A stretch of 23,836 nt of DNA from a virus (Duplodnaviria; Heunggongvirae; Uroviricota; Caudoviricetes). Where the stretch lies: IMG/VR virus record IMGVR_UViG_2648501149_000019. One strand, written 5' to 3'. A program made the position numbers and the translations under genes. This document shows, piece by piece, positions 1 to 7,625 of this stretch. Position 1 is the stretch's first letter. Each line of letters begins with the position of its first letter. The notes under the pieces were generated by a model, which was not told the DNA's origin, did not search any database, and was given only the letters and a program-made list of their open reading frames with translations.

Positions 1-1314
1 CTAACCCACTGATTTTAATAAGTCTCTTGTGTCACTTTGGTGACCATGGGACATCATTGGGACATAATCTGCCAGCTTCTGATTCAGCATTGCGATCTGT
101 TCTGCATTACTGTCAGTCATCCATGCTCCGTATACATTGAACACCATCTGGGCACTTGCATGGCCCATCTGGCTGGCAATGAAGCTTGGGTTTGCTCCGG
201 CAGATAATGACCAGCACGCATAAGTGTGTCGTGACTGGTATGCTTTCCGGTGCCTGATGCCCGCACGCTTAATGGCTGTTTCCCATGAGTCGCCAATAGA
301 ATCTACCTTGTAGATAAAACCGACCTGTTTGCTTTTTCTAACCACCTGGGGGTTAAATACGAAAGTACATTCATGATTCACTGAACGCCCATATTCACGT
401 AGTTGAACCTTGATGTGGTGCTGCTTACCCAGTCTTGTCATTTCAGCCTGATTTTTCAGGACACTGATAGCGGGCTGGATAAGATGCACAACCCTGTTTG
501 TACTTGCTTCAGTTTTAGGTAGAGCGAACTCACCGAGTTTCGTATAATTGCGCCTGATAGTAATAGTTCCTGCTTTCAGATCGATATCTTCCCAGGCCAG
601 GGAGACCAGTTCACCGTGACGCATTCCTGTGTACACAGCCAATGACCACAGGTTTTTCGTCTGCTGATGTCGGCAAGCATCTATCAGGCGAATAAATTCG
701 TCACGAGTTAGCGGATCTGGCTCTGCCCTGGCTCTTTTAAGAGGCTTAATTCCCTGGAAAGGATTTGCTTCTAGGTAACCGTGATCTGCAGCAAACTGAA
801 ACATTCCAGCGATTGTCGTCATGTAATAATTTACAGTAACGACGCTCCGTCCTTTTGCTGCTGCTTTGTTTTTCGTTGAATTCTGATATCCGGTCAGCAA
901 ATCTTTCCTGATATACAGCAATTCCTCTTTAGTTACCGATGACACCAGTCTGCTGCCTCCAATTTTCGGAACCATCGTTCTTGCAACGGATTCATAGCGA
1001 TTGAATGCATTTGCAGAGATTTCCATTCGTTTCAGATCCAGCCACTTTTCTTCAAGTTCCTTCACCGTAATTTCTTTTTTACTTACCCCAAAAGCCTTGA
1101 GGTTAGGAGAGTCAGGGAACTGCGCAGCGTAATCAAAGTTTCCTGTACGAATAGCAAAACATACAGATGTCCGCAGCTCTCCGGCGATCTTCCTGTTCTT
1201 GGCAGTGTCAGGGACACCAAGATTTTCCCTGACACGTTTACCTTTAAAATTAAACCAGATGCGTAATGTGCCACCGTGGTTTTCGACGCCTGTTGGATAT
1301 TTGACTTTATCCAT
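1..1314 (-). CDS. int: Phage integrase, tyrosine recombinase (complete; stop codon at 1-3)
   Basis: 437-aa ORF. N-terminal arm-binding-like segment 'GTLRIWFNFKGKRVRENLG' as I recall for Rac-type (DUF3596) integrases. C-terminal catalytic boxes: Arg in 'TGMRHGE', His-x-x-Arg in 'SRHTYACW', Tyr in 'NVYGAWM'. SD 'GGAGG' 5 nt upstream of the ATG at 1314. Confidence 0.9.
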   Translation of the reverse strand: MDKVKYPTGVENHGGTLRIWFNFKGKRVRENLGVPDTAKNRKIAGELRTSVCFAIRTGNFDYAAQFPDSPNLKAFGVSKKEITVKELEEKWLDLKRMEISANAFNRYESVARTMVPKIGGSRLVSSVTKEELLYIRKDLLTGYQNSTKNKAAAKGRSVVTVNYYMTTIAGMFQFAADHGYLEANPFQGIKPLKRARAEPDPLTRDEFIRLIDACRHQQTKNLWSLAVYTGMRHGELVSLAWEDIDLKAGTITIRRNYTKLGEFALPKTEASTNRVVHLIQPAISVLKNQAEMTRLGKQHHIKVQLREYGRSVNHECTFVFNPQVVRKSKQVGFIYKVDSIGDSWETAIKRAGIRHRKAYQSRHTYACWSLSAGANPSFIASQMGHASAQMVFNVYGAWMTDSNAEQIAMLNQKLADYVPMMSHGHQSDTRDLLKSVG

Positions 1315-1369
1315 TGATACCTCCAGACACCCAAGAGCGATACGAGCTTACATACTTCATGGCATTAAA

Positions 1370-1606
1370 TCACCCAGGTTGTTTGTTTTTCATTGAAGCA
1401 ACCCAGGCATCTATTGCTTTTCTGTTATACATACATTCACTGGAAGGCTTTGGATTACCGTCTGGTGATACGTGAATATACTCTCTTCCAACCATCCAGC
1501 ATTCTTTCCGGGCCCGAAGAATTGTGCCTGGTTTGAGCCCGGTAATTGCGATTAGAACGCTTTCACAAACCCATTCATTGGGAGCCAGTTGAATCACATT
1601 GCCCAT
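1370..1606 (-). CDS. xis: Excisionase-like small DNA-binding protein
   Basis: 78-aa ORF immediately upstream of int on the same strand. Motifs '...GREYIHV...' and '...YNRKAIDAWV...' resemble the excisionase family from memory. SD 'GAGGT' upstream of the ATG at 1606. Confidence 0.55.
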   Translation of the reverse strand: MGNVIQLAPNEWVCESVLIAITGLKPGTILRARKECWMVGREYIHVSPDGNPKPSSECMYNRKAIDAWVASMKNKQPG

Positions 1607-1614
1607 GCATTACC

Positions 1615-1761
1615 TCACACAACACTCAGCCCACGGCAGTGGCACCACACTTCAAACATTCGTTTCACAATTTCACGACAGTAGAAACCGTCAACATCTC
1701 GTGTCAGGTCATAGCGATTGCCGTAACGCTGGTGGACCCATCGTTCAAATGCTTTATTCAT
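1615..1761 (-). CDS. Small hypothetical protein (48 aa)
   Basis: ORF below the 60-aa track cutoff, found by manual translation (MNKAFERWVHQRYGNRYDLTRDVDGFYCREIVKRMFEVWCHCRGLSVV). SD-like 'AAGGAAG' about 7 nt upstream. Sits between the upstream gene and xis with 3-nt and 8-nt gaps. Confidence 0.3.
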   Translation of the reverse strand: MNKAFERWVHQRYGNRYDLTRDVDGFYCREIVKRMFEVWCHCRGLSVV

Positions 1762-1764
1762 TCT

Positions 1765-2007
1765 TTACTTCCTTTTCATGGCTCGTAATTTTTTCAGATG
1801 AGCTTCCTGCTCTGTTTCTGCCAGAATTTGTCGGTATTCCTGGTGATCGATCCGTTCAAACAGTTCATTAAAATCGTTTATTTTTACCGACTGTGTTCGC
1901 CCATCCATTCTTCTGTACAACACGATATTATTTATGCAGCGAATAATTTTTACCGGGTAACCGGCACTGTCGGTATACAGTTGCCCTTGATTAATCAAAG
2001 CGAACAT
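1765..2007 (-). CDS. Hypothetical protein (80 aa)
   Basis: Track ORF 1765..2103, trimmed to the internal ATG at 2007 (MFALINQ...) because 'AGGAG' lies 5 nt upstream. No recognisable domain. Confidence 0.5.
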   Translation of the reverse strand: MFALINQGQLYTDSAGYPVKIIRCINNIVLYRRMDGRTQSVKINDFNELFERIDHQEYRQILAETEQEAHLKKLRAMKRK

Positions 2008-2038
2008 TTTTTCTCCTGTTCCCTGAGTTGTGAGAACT

Positions 2039-2398
2039 TCAGAGCCGTATGTTTGTAGCGGGTTCAATACTGATAATTTCTGCTGAGATAAGCATTCCGG
2101 CAAGCCATAGCTCTCCGATCAAGTTTTCATCCTTGCATTTCACGCCGCCGATATTAATGGTGGCGATGATATCGCGCTCATCCTCGACTTCTTCATAAGG
2201 CAGCGTTTCGTACAGGCTTTCAATAGCGCAACTGATAACATCGAGTCCGGTCAGGTTGCCACCGACAGTGACTTCGAATGTTTCGCGGTATTCCCATAGC
2301 CCGAAAATTAATCGAACGGTTTGTTTTGCCATGCGTCCGCATAACGTCAGATTTGGGTCATAGTTCATTATTTGCGGTTGAGTATTATGAGTGTTCAT
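2039..2398 (-). CDS. Hypothetical protein (119 aa)
   Basis: ORF with SD-like 'AAGGGAAAAG' upstream of the ATG at 2398. A GC hairpin (2412-2430) separates it from the SPFH gene. Confidence 0.55.
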   Translation of the reverse strand: MNTHNTQPQIMNYDPNLTLCGRMAKQTVRLIFGLWEYRETFEVTVGGNLTGLDVISCAIESLYETLPYEEVEDERDIIATINIGGVKCKDENLIGELWLAGMLISAEIISIEPATNIRL

Positions 2399-2438
2399 CT
2401 GCTTTTCCCTTAGCCCGGCGGCCTGCCGGGCATATAAG

Positions 2439-3266
2439 TTATTTAACCTGGATAAAGGGTGTATTGGCTCCGCTGGTCATGTATTGCGGCAGTGTGCCGT
2501 TCCATTTATTGATGGCTTCCAGCTCCATAACTCCGGGGTTCTGGCGCAGAGCTTCACCGCGTAAACGAATAGCATCGGCTTCGGCCTGGGCTTTTGTGCG
2601 AATTGCATCTGCCTGTCCGGCAGCCTCCGCACGCAACATGTTGGCTTCCGCTTCGCGCTGTTTTACTTCCTGCTCGCGTTGCAGGGTTTTCTGGTTTGCC
2701 GTGACTTTGGCGTTAATGCTGTCGATAACGGTTGGCGGGTACTCCGGTTTACCTACATAAGACAGGCTCATTACCTGAATACCGATGGGCGTCATTTCTG
2801 CCTGAATATCTTTTAGAGCTGCATCCAGTAGTTCAGATTTGCCACCGTCGATAAATTTATCAGTGGTCATTTTGCTGGCCAGCCGATTTAGTGCATCTGC
2901 TATCTTCTGGCGCAGGTCGGTGTCGGTAATGTCATCCACACCTTTGCGGTAGGTTTGAAACACCGTGGTAACTTTGGATGGATCAACCTTGTAGGCTACT
3001 CCGATGTGGTAACCAATGGTTGTTCCATCGCTCATCTGGAAACTGAATGGATCATCGTAGGTCTTCATCTGCTTAAAGGTCGGGAAGATATAAACTTCAG
3101 TGTTCCAGCCTGTCCAGTAGCGACCAACACCGACCACTTCACCGACGCCTTTGTCGTCGCCAAGTTTGTTGACTTTGATGCCCACATTACCAGGCTCAAC
3201 ACGATCACAACCGACAAGGCCAATGGCAGGCAGAACAATGGCTAAAGAAAAAATAATTTTTTTCAT
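2439..3266 (-). CDS. SPFH/Band-7 (prohibitin/flotillin-like) lipoprotein
   Basis: 275-aa ORF. N-terminal lipoprotein signal with lipobox 'AIGLVGC'. Central region matches the SPFH fold pattern from memory. Ala/Glu/Gln/Arg-rich coiled-coil C-terminus (QREQEVKQREAEANMLRAEAAGQADAIRTKAQAEADAIRLRGEA). Start overlaps the upstream stop (ATGA). Confidence 0.8.
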   Translation of the reverse strand: MKKIIFSLAIVLPAIGLVGCDRVEPGNVGIKVNKLGDDKGVGEVVGVGRYWTGWNTEVYIFPTFKQMKTYDDPFSFQMSDGTTIGYHIGVAYKVDPSKVTTVFQTYRKGVDDITDTDLRQKIADALNRLASKMTTDKFIDGGKSELLDAALKDIQAEMTPIGIQVMSLSYVGKPEYPPTVIDSINAKVTANQKTLQREQEVKQREAEANMLRAEAAGQADAIRTKAQAEADAIRLRGEALRQNPGVMELEAINKWNGTLPQYMTSGANTPFIQVK

Positions 3267-3451
3267 CTTTTATCCTTAGTGAAAGAAAGCCCCTTATAAA
3301 TGGCATAAATGCATGGCGGGGTCAGAAACGCCAGTGCAAAGCCAGAAATTACCGCTACCGTATCCTTCATTGATATCAGAAACGGGACGAGTAATCCGTA
3401 AATGCATGAGATAATTGCCAGTGATATGACTATTCTGAAATAAATATTCAT
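3263..3451 (-). CDS. Small membrane protein (62 aa, two predicted TM helices), coupled to the SPFH gene
   Basis: Hydrophobic segments 'IVISLAIISCIYGLLVPFLI' and 'VAVISGFALAFLTPPCIYAIY'. Stop overlaps the SPFH start and its own start overlaps the upstream stop (ATGA junctions). Confidence 0.6.
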   Translation of the reverse strand: MNIYFRIVISLAIISCIYGLLVPFLISMKDTVAVISGFALAFLTPPCIYAIYKGLSFTKDKR

Positions 3452-3726
3452 GCTCCTCCTGATATCTTTCTGATTGCCTTTTTCAACTTTTTACTGTTAT
3501 TCACGCTACAGTAAATTTCGGCAATCTCACGTGATAACATTATTTCTCCACTGTTTTTATCTATAGCAACGAGACCGGGATTGTCTCGTATGAGTTTCTT
3601 TATCATTGGCATTGCCATAAACTCTTCTGGCGTATAGATGCGTGTATGGCGGCGAACGTGTTTTATCACAGGTGTTTTATGTTTTGACTCAACCTGAAAT
3701 ACATTAATTTTATTCTGATTTGACAT
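3448..3726 (-). CDS. Hypothetical protein (92 aa)
   Basis: ORF in the coupled leftward operon. 2-nt gap to the upstream gene, 4-nt overlap with the downstream gene. No clear SD, so translational coupling is likely. Confidence 0.55.
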   Translation of the reverse strand: MSNQNKINVFQVESKHKTPVIKHVRRHTRIYTPEEFMAMPMIKKLIRDNPGLVAIDKNSGEIMLSREIAEIYCSVNNSKKLKKAIRKISGGA

Positions 3727-3728
3727 AT

Positions 3729-4310
3729 TTAATGTGCCACTGGTGTTTCTGGCATACCATGAGTATTCAGATCGTGAATCATTTCATCCAGAAGAAGTTC
3801 AAGCCCTTCTCGTCCCATAGCAGAGACAATGAAGCCATTATCAGGATCTGCGATGAGCATTTTTTGATAGAGAAACAGAACTCGCCCCATGCCTTCAGCT
3901 TCGCCATATTTTTCAATGAATCCCCATTCGACATGGTTTTGCAGGGCAATGCGAATTGGTTCAGGGTATATACTCATGCAACCATATTTCCCCTTATAAA
4001 TAACTGCACGATATGTAGTCCCATTATCGTTAGGGATATCAACGGTGCCGTTCCTGACTTCCTCTTCATTTATAAACGTCGTAACATACAGCCAGCGCCA
4101 TTGAGCAACTTTCATATCGACGGATAATTTTCCCAGCAATCCGGCATCATCCGCTTCAGCAAGGCACTGAAGAATTCTTAAACCGCGTGAATTTGGATAA
4201 TCATATTCACCATCATTAAGTCGCTGTACGGCCTCGGCATAATCTATGGTTGTATTGCCAATTTTTATACCGTGTGGCGTAACTTCTGGTCGGAACTCTG
4301 AATGATTCAT
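3729..4310 (-). CDS. Hypothetical protein (193 aa)
   Basis: Track ORF 3729..4367, trimmed to the ATG at 4310 (MNHSEFRPE...) preceded by 'AAGGAG' 8 nt upstream. That start overlaps the upstream ORF stop (ATGA). Confidence 0.6.
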   Translation of the reverse strand: MNHSEFRPEVTPHGIKIGNTTIDYAEAVQRLNDGEYDYPNSRGLRILQCLAEADDAGLLGKLSVDMKVAQWRWLYVTTFINEEEVRNGTVDIPNDNGTTYRAVIYKGKYGCMSIYPEPIRIALQNHVEWGFIEKYGEAEGMGRVLFLYQKMLIADPDNGFIVSAMGREGLELLLDEMIHDLNTHGMPETPVAH

Positions 4311-4495
4311 AATGTTTGCTCCTTTGCTGGTGGAATAATAGTGTAACCCGCTCGTTTTACCATCCACAAAAATGTATCCGTGCAGCCAACAAATTCATTA
4401 TCCAACAGATGTTTTGAGTGAATTACCTTCCCATTTTCAATGGTCAACAACACTCTGACTTTTTCATGTGTTATGTTCTGTTCTTTTTCTTCCAT
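4307..4495 (-). CDS. Small hypothetical protein (62 aa)
   Basis: Track ORF 4307..4510. Preferred start is the second ATG (MEEKEQ...) with 'GGGAGAT' 6 nt upstream. Appears to be the first gene of the coupled operon. Confidence 0.45.
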   Translation of the reverse strand: MEEKEQNITHEKVRVLLTIENGKVIHSKHLLDNEFVGCTDTFLWMVKRAGYTIIPPAKEQTL

Positions 4496-4695
4496 TGATT
4501 TATCTCCCATATGCTTTGCGCAAATACAGGTTGGCTATATGAAGATAAGAATCTCCATGTTGTGCAATGAGGCAGGCAGTTTTATACGATGCCTTATTTT
4601 TCAGGAAAGTCATAACTGAGTTCCATCTGTGAATAAAGGTTGTAACAATCCCCGGCGATAAAACCGTAATAAACGTTCAGGGCATATTTATTGTG

Positions 4696-5052
4696 CTAAT
4701 TATTTTCGGCAGCAGCTTTTGCATACTCACATGCAAAATTCAGAATTTCGCTGCCGAGTGTTTTCGTTTCGTGATTACTGGAAATATGTAATACCTGTGT
4801 TGCATGCAATAAATGATAAACATTTACCGCAAATGAATCAGGCTCCAGACAAATGCCTTCATAATCATCTTGTTGTGAGGTTGTTTCTGTCATTGCTCCT
4901 GAAGTGCATGCGAGCCTGTTTTTGACAATTCTCTTTCCTCTAATCACTATATCGGCAACATCTATTGCCTTTACAACCTCCGGGAGAAGTTCCTGGTTTG
5001 TATAATCAAAGTTATCAACATGGAGAACAGTTATGTTTTCGAACTTTTTCAT
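4696..5052 (-). CDS. Hypothetical protein (118 aa)
   Basis: ORF with SD 'GAGGAA' upstream of the ATG at 5052. No recognisable domain. Confidence 0.55.
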   Translation of the reverse strand: MKKFENITVLHVDNFDYTNQELLPEVVKAIDVADIVIRGKRIVKNRLACTSGAMTETTSQQDDYEGICLEPDSFAVNVYHLLHATQVLHISSNHETKTLGSEILNFACEYAKAAAENN

Positions 5053-5180
5053 GGCTTCCTCAGCTGACTTATATGTTCTGCTATATAGCGAGTCTCAGAA
5101 GTGTTTTCATATTGAGACTGTTTCCGCAATGATTGATAAAAATGTTCGCATGTACCTTGAGGGGCGAAGCGGCGATTATG

Positions 5181-5678
5181 TCACCATTGGTATTGGTTCT
5201 TCCGTAGAAGAGCTTCGCGAGATAAGGAGCAAACTTGTTGAGATGCGTCATGGTGTTGCTGCTCCTCACTTTTTGGTTGCTCCGGAGGAGTAACCTCACC
5301 AGTTAACAGGCACATCGGATCGCAGCCAAGAATATTTGCCAGTGGGATAAGCATACTGATAGTTGGTTCATACTCTCCGCTCTCCCACTGGATGATAATT
5401 TCTTCATCGAGATCGAGCAGCCTGGCGAGTTCGGCTGTTGTTAAGCCGCAGGCTTCGCGTTGGGTGCTAATCCGATTCTGGGAATTAATAGCTAAATTTT
5501 GTTTGCATAAACGCGACGCTGTGAGGCTATATTTTTGAGTTACAGCCAGGATGGAGCTGGCAAGTTCAATTAACTCAGGGTTATTGCTGCTATACAGTAG
5601 TGCACCAGCCCCGACTAAGAGCTGAATATTCTCAAGAGCATCGTGCTGATTTGTTGGTAACCCCATATACGATGACAT
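5181..5678 (-). CDS. HTH (XRE-family) DNA-binding protein with about 70-aa N-terminal extension
   Basis: XRE-type helix-turn-helix 'LTTAELARLLDLDEEIIIQWESGEYEPTISMLIPLANILGCDP' in the C-terminal half. Start chosen at the second ATG (MSSYMG...) with 'AGAGGA' 8 nt upstream. Has its own sigma70-like promoter (5728-5756). Confidence 0.6.
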   Translation of the reverse strand: MSSYMGLPTNQHDALENIQLLVGAGALLYSSNNPELIELASSILAVTQKYSLTASRLCKQNLAINSQNRISTQREACGLTTAELARLLDLDEEIIIQWESGEYEPTISMLIPLANILGCDPMCLLTGEVTPPEQPKSEEQQHHDASQQVCSLSREALLRKNQYQW

Positions 5679-5727
5679 TTTTCTCATCCTCTATAATTGT
5701 TTTGGTGAGTTCGATACCTATGCCATG

Positions 5728-5756
5728 ATAATAGGTTTGCCGATTTTTCCTGTCAA
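5728..5756 (-). promoter_or_regulatory. Sigma70-like leftward promoter (pL-like): -35 TTGACA, 17-bp spacer, -10 TATTAT
   Basis: Minus strand reads TTGACA (plus 5751-5756) then TATTAT (plus 5728-5733) after 17 nt. Located about 50 nt upstream of the HTH gene start. Operator-like motif ATCGA-N4-CCGAT overlaps the -35. Confidence 0.45.
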
Positions 5757-5777
5757 TCGGTTTATCGATTTCTTTCC

Positions 5778-5803
5778 AAAAAAAAGCCCACTTAAGAGTG
5801 GGC
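5778..5803 (-). terminator. Intrinsic terminator downstream of the cI-like gene (leftward)
   Basis: Minus strand forms hairpin GCCCACT-CTTA-AGTGGGC followed by a run of 8 T, about 20 nt past the repressor stop. Confidence 0.55.
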
Positions 5804-5821
5804 GGGTTAAATGATTTTTGC

Positions 5822-6514
5822 TTATGCAAAACGGTGTAGTGTCATAGGCCAACTGACAATTACTTTTCCGTCAATGTGAAGTTGTTCAAAGTCTTCCGGT
5901 TCGATAGCCCAATCCTTGTAAGCTGGGTTGTCAGATATCACCGTTAGAGTATCTTTGATTTTTTGAAGTCTTTTGATGTGCGATGTTCCAGAGTATGTAA
6001 AGGCGTATATACCATCACCATTAAATGCGCGAACTGATACATCTACAAATACCAAGTCTTCAGGGTCTATTGTGCCTTTCATACTGTCGCCGTGGGCGTT
6101 TATTGCTTTGATTGCTGATGCTGGCCTGCCGCCAAAAACTCTTGATGCGTATCCTGGTTCTATCGCTATAGATCTGACAATGTCAGGAAAATCAGAGTTA
6201 TAACTACCAGGTCCGCAACTATATCTGATGTCTAAAACATCCACGACATACGAATCAGTAACCCAATCCTCAGAAATGTTACGTATTTGGTGTGAGTCTG
6301 CAGAGGTCACGATTTCCATTGGGCCAACACCCGATGCGAGCCATTCCGGGTTAACGCCCAAAACTTTTGCTATTTCGACTGTTTTTCTGGAACCGTTGGC
6401 TTTGTTAAGTAGTTGATTGACACTGGACTGAGCCATACCCACTTCTTTGGCCAGCCTACCTTGCGTAAATTTTGCGTTGCGCATAGCTAAATCAAGTCGT
6501 TCTGAAAATGTCAT
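5822..6514 (-). CDS. cI: CI-like phage repressor (N-terminal HTH plus C-terminal LexA-like S24 peptidase domain)
   Basis: 230-aa ORF. N-terminal HTH 'FTQGRLAKEVGMAQSSVNQL'. C-terminal S24 signatures: Ser in 'HGDSM' and Lys in 'IKRLQ'. SD 'GGAGGAAAA' upstream. Divergent from the Cro-like gene. Confidence 0.85.
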   Translation of the reverse strand: MTFSERLDLAMRNAKFTQGRLAKEVGMAQSSVNQLLNKANGSRKTVEIAKVLGVNPEWLASGVGPMEIVTSADSHQIRNISEDWVTDSYVVDVLDIRYSCGPGSYNSDFPDIVRSIAIEPGYASRVFGGRPASAIKAINAHGDSMKGTIDPEDLVFVDVSVRAFNGDGIYAFTYSGTSHIKRLQKIKDTLTVISDNPAYKDWAIEPEDFEQLHIDGKVIVSWPMTLHRFA

Positions 6515-6548
6515 TGCGATTTTCCTCCCCTCTCTATCTTGGCTAGTC

Positions 6549-6564
6549 TATCGGCTTTCCGATA
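6549..6564. promoter_or_regulatory. Candidate operator: 16-bp perfect palindrome TATCGG-CTTT-CCGATA in the cI/cro intergenic region
   Basis: Perfect dyad symmetry seen directly. A related copy (ATCGA-TAAA-CCGAT on the minus strand, plus 5756-5769) overlaps the leftward promoter -35. Confidence 0.5.
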
Positions 6565-6582
6565 AATGTTCTAGGTTTAACG

Positions 6583-6611
6583 TTGAATATCGCTTTTCCT
6601 GTTGTTATTAT
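6583..6611 (+). promoter_or_regulatory. Sigma70-like rightward promoter (pR-like): -35 TTGAAT, 17-bp spacer, -10 TATTAT
   Basis: TTGAAT at 6583-6588 and TATTAT at 6606-6611, about 22 nt upstream of the cro-like ATG. Confidence 0.45.
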
Positions 6612-6633
6612 GCGTTCAATAGGAGATGCGATT

Positions 6634-6897
6634 ATGAAACATAAAGCCATAGAGAAAGCTATTGAGATTCTTGGAAGTCAGCAAGCCTTAGCCAAGCGAT
6701 GCGGAAAGGCCCAGTCAACAGTCTGCGATTGGTTGAACTGCAAGAACAAGATTTCACCAGAATTTGTGCCGTTATTGGTTGCAGCTGTCGACGGAAAGAT
6801 CCAAGCGTATGAATTTCGTCCAGACCTACCAGAGCTTTTTCCACATTCAGGCTTAGCGCACACAGAGGATGACAAGCCCACAGGAGACCAACAATGA
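6634..6897 (+). CDS. cro: Cro-like small DNA-binding regulator
   Basis: Track ORF 6583..6897, trimmed to the ATG at 6634 (MKHKAIEKAIEILGSQQALAKRCGKAQSTVCDWL...) with SD 'AGGAG' upstream. HTH-like segment. Divergent from cI. Confidence 0.65.
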   Translation: MKHKAIEKAIEILGSQQALAKRCGKAQSTVCDWLNCKNKISPEFVPLLVAAVDGKIQAYEFRPDLPELFPHSGLAHTEDDKPTGDQQ

Positions 6898-7601
6898 ACA
6901 CCGCAATTTTTAACGGCAAAGCATCCATGACCAGCGTTGAGATCGCAGAGCTGGTGGGTAGCCGCCATGACAAAGTGAAACAATCCATTGAGCGCCTTGC
7001 TGAACGAAGGATTATTCAGCTTCCCCCAATGGGGATTTCTGAAAATATCAATGGGTTAGGTTTAACTCAAAAAAGTAAGCATTATCTTTTCGAAGGTGAA
7101 CGAGGCAAACGCGACAGCATCATTGTCGTCGCACAGCTTTGTCCCGAATTCACAGCCCGCCTGGTAGATCGCTGGCGCGAACTGGAAGAACAGATCCGTA
7201 AGCCAATGAGCGAAATCGAAATGGTTGCCGCGATGGCTCTTGAAGCTGTTCGTCAGCAGAAACGGATCACTCAGGTGGAAGAAAAAGTCAGCCACGTTGC
7301 CGAAACAGTTGAGCAAATCAAAAAGGGCAACATTCGTGAGGGCTATGCCGGATATCGCCAACTGAAAGCAAAAACCGGTTTGTCAGATGATAAATGCCGC
7401 AATCTGGTGAACGCTTATCAAATTCCTACAGACACCCATGAGTTCATGACGCCGGACGGATTGTTGTCACGTCGCGCAATTGTTGCTGTGGAACCGTTTA
7501 TGGCTGCTTTTTATCGGATTATGGAGGAAGCAGAACCGCGAGGGACTCGCTGGTATCACCCGAAAATGGGGTTATTTCAGGTTATTGGTTGGCAGTGGTG
7601 A
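6894..7601 (+). CDS. Rha-family phage regulatory protein
   Basis: 235-aa ORF. N-terminal pattern 'MTSVEIAELVGSRHDKVKQSIERL' matches the Rha signature as I recall it. Start overlaps the cro stop. Confidence 0.7.
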   Translation: MNTAIFNGKASMTSVEIAELVGSRHDKVKQSIERLAERRIIQLPPMGISENINGLGLTQKSKHYLFEGERGKRDSIIVVAQLCPEFTARLVDRWRELEEQIRKPMSEIEMVAAMALEAVRQQKRITQVEEKVSHVAETVEQIKKGNIREGYAGYRQLKAKTGLSDDKCRNLVNAYQIPTDTHEFMTPDGLLSRRAIVAVEPFMAAFYRIMEEAEPRGTRWYHPKMGLFQVIGWQW

Positions 7602-7625
7602 AAAAAAGCCGGGTAGTGACCCGGC
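7601..7625 (-). terminator. Intrinsic terminator-like hairpin oriented for leftward transcription, inside the rightward early operon
   Basis: Minus strand reads GCCGGGT-CACT-ACCCGGC followed by 7 T. On the plus strand the A-run precedes the hairpin, so it would not terminate rightward transcripts efficiently. Confidence 0.5.

Noticed and set aside
1083-1396. Two ORFs (83 aa minus, 65 aa plus) overlapping the integrase 5' end
   Set aside because: They overlap the well-supported integrase gene in other frames or antisense, with no SD.
5033-5293. 86-aa plus-strand ORF between minus-strand genes
   Set aside because: It overlaps the 3' end of the HTH-regulator gene on the opposite strand and bridges into the next gene's start region. 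No SD. More likely a chance frame, though a small antisense gene cannot be excluded.
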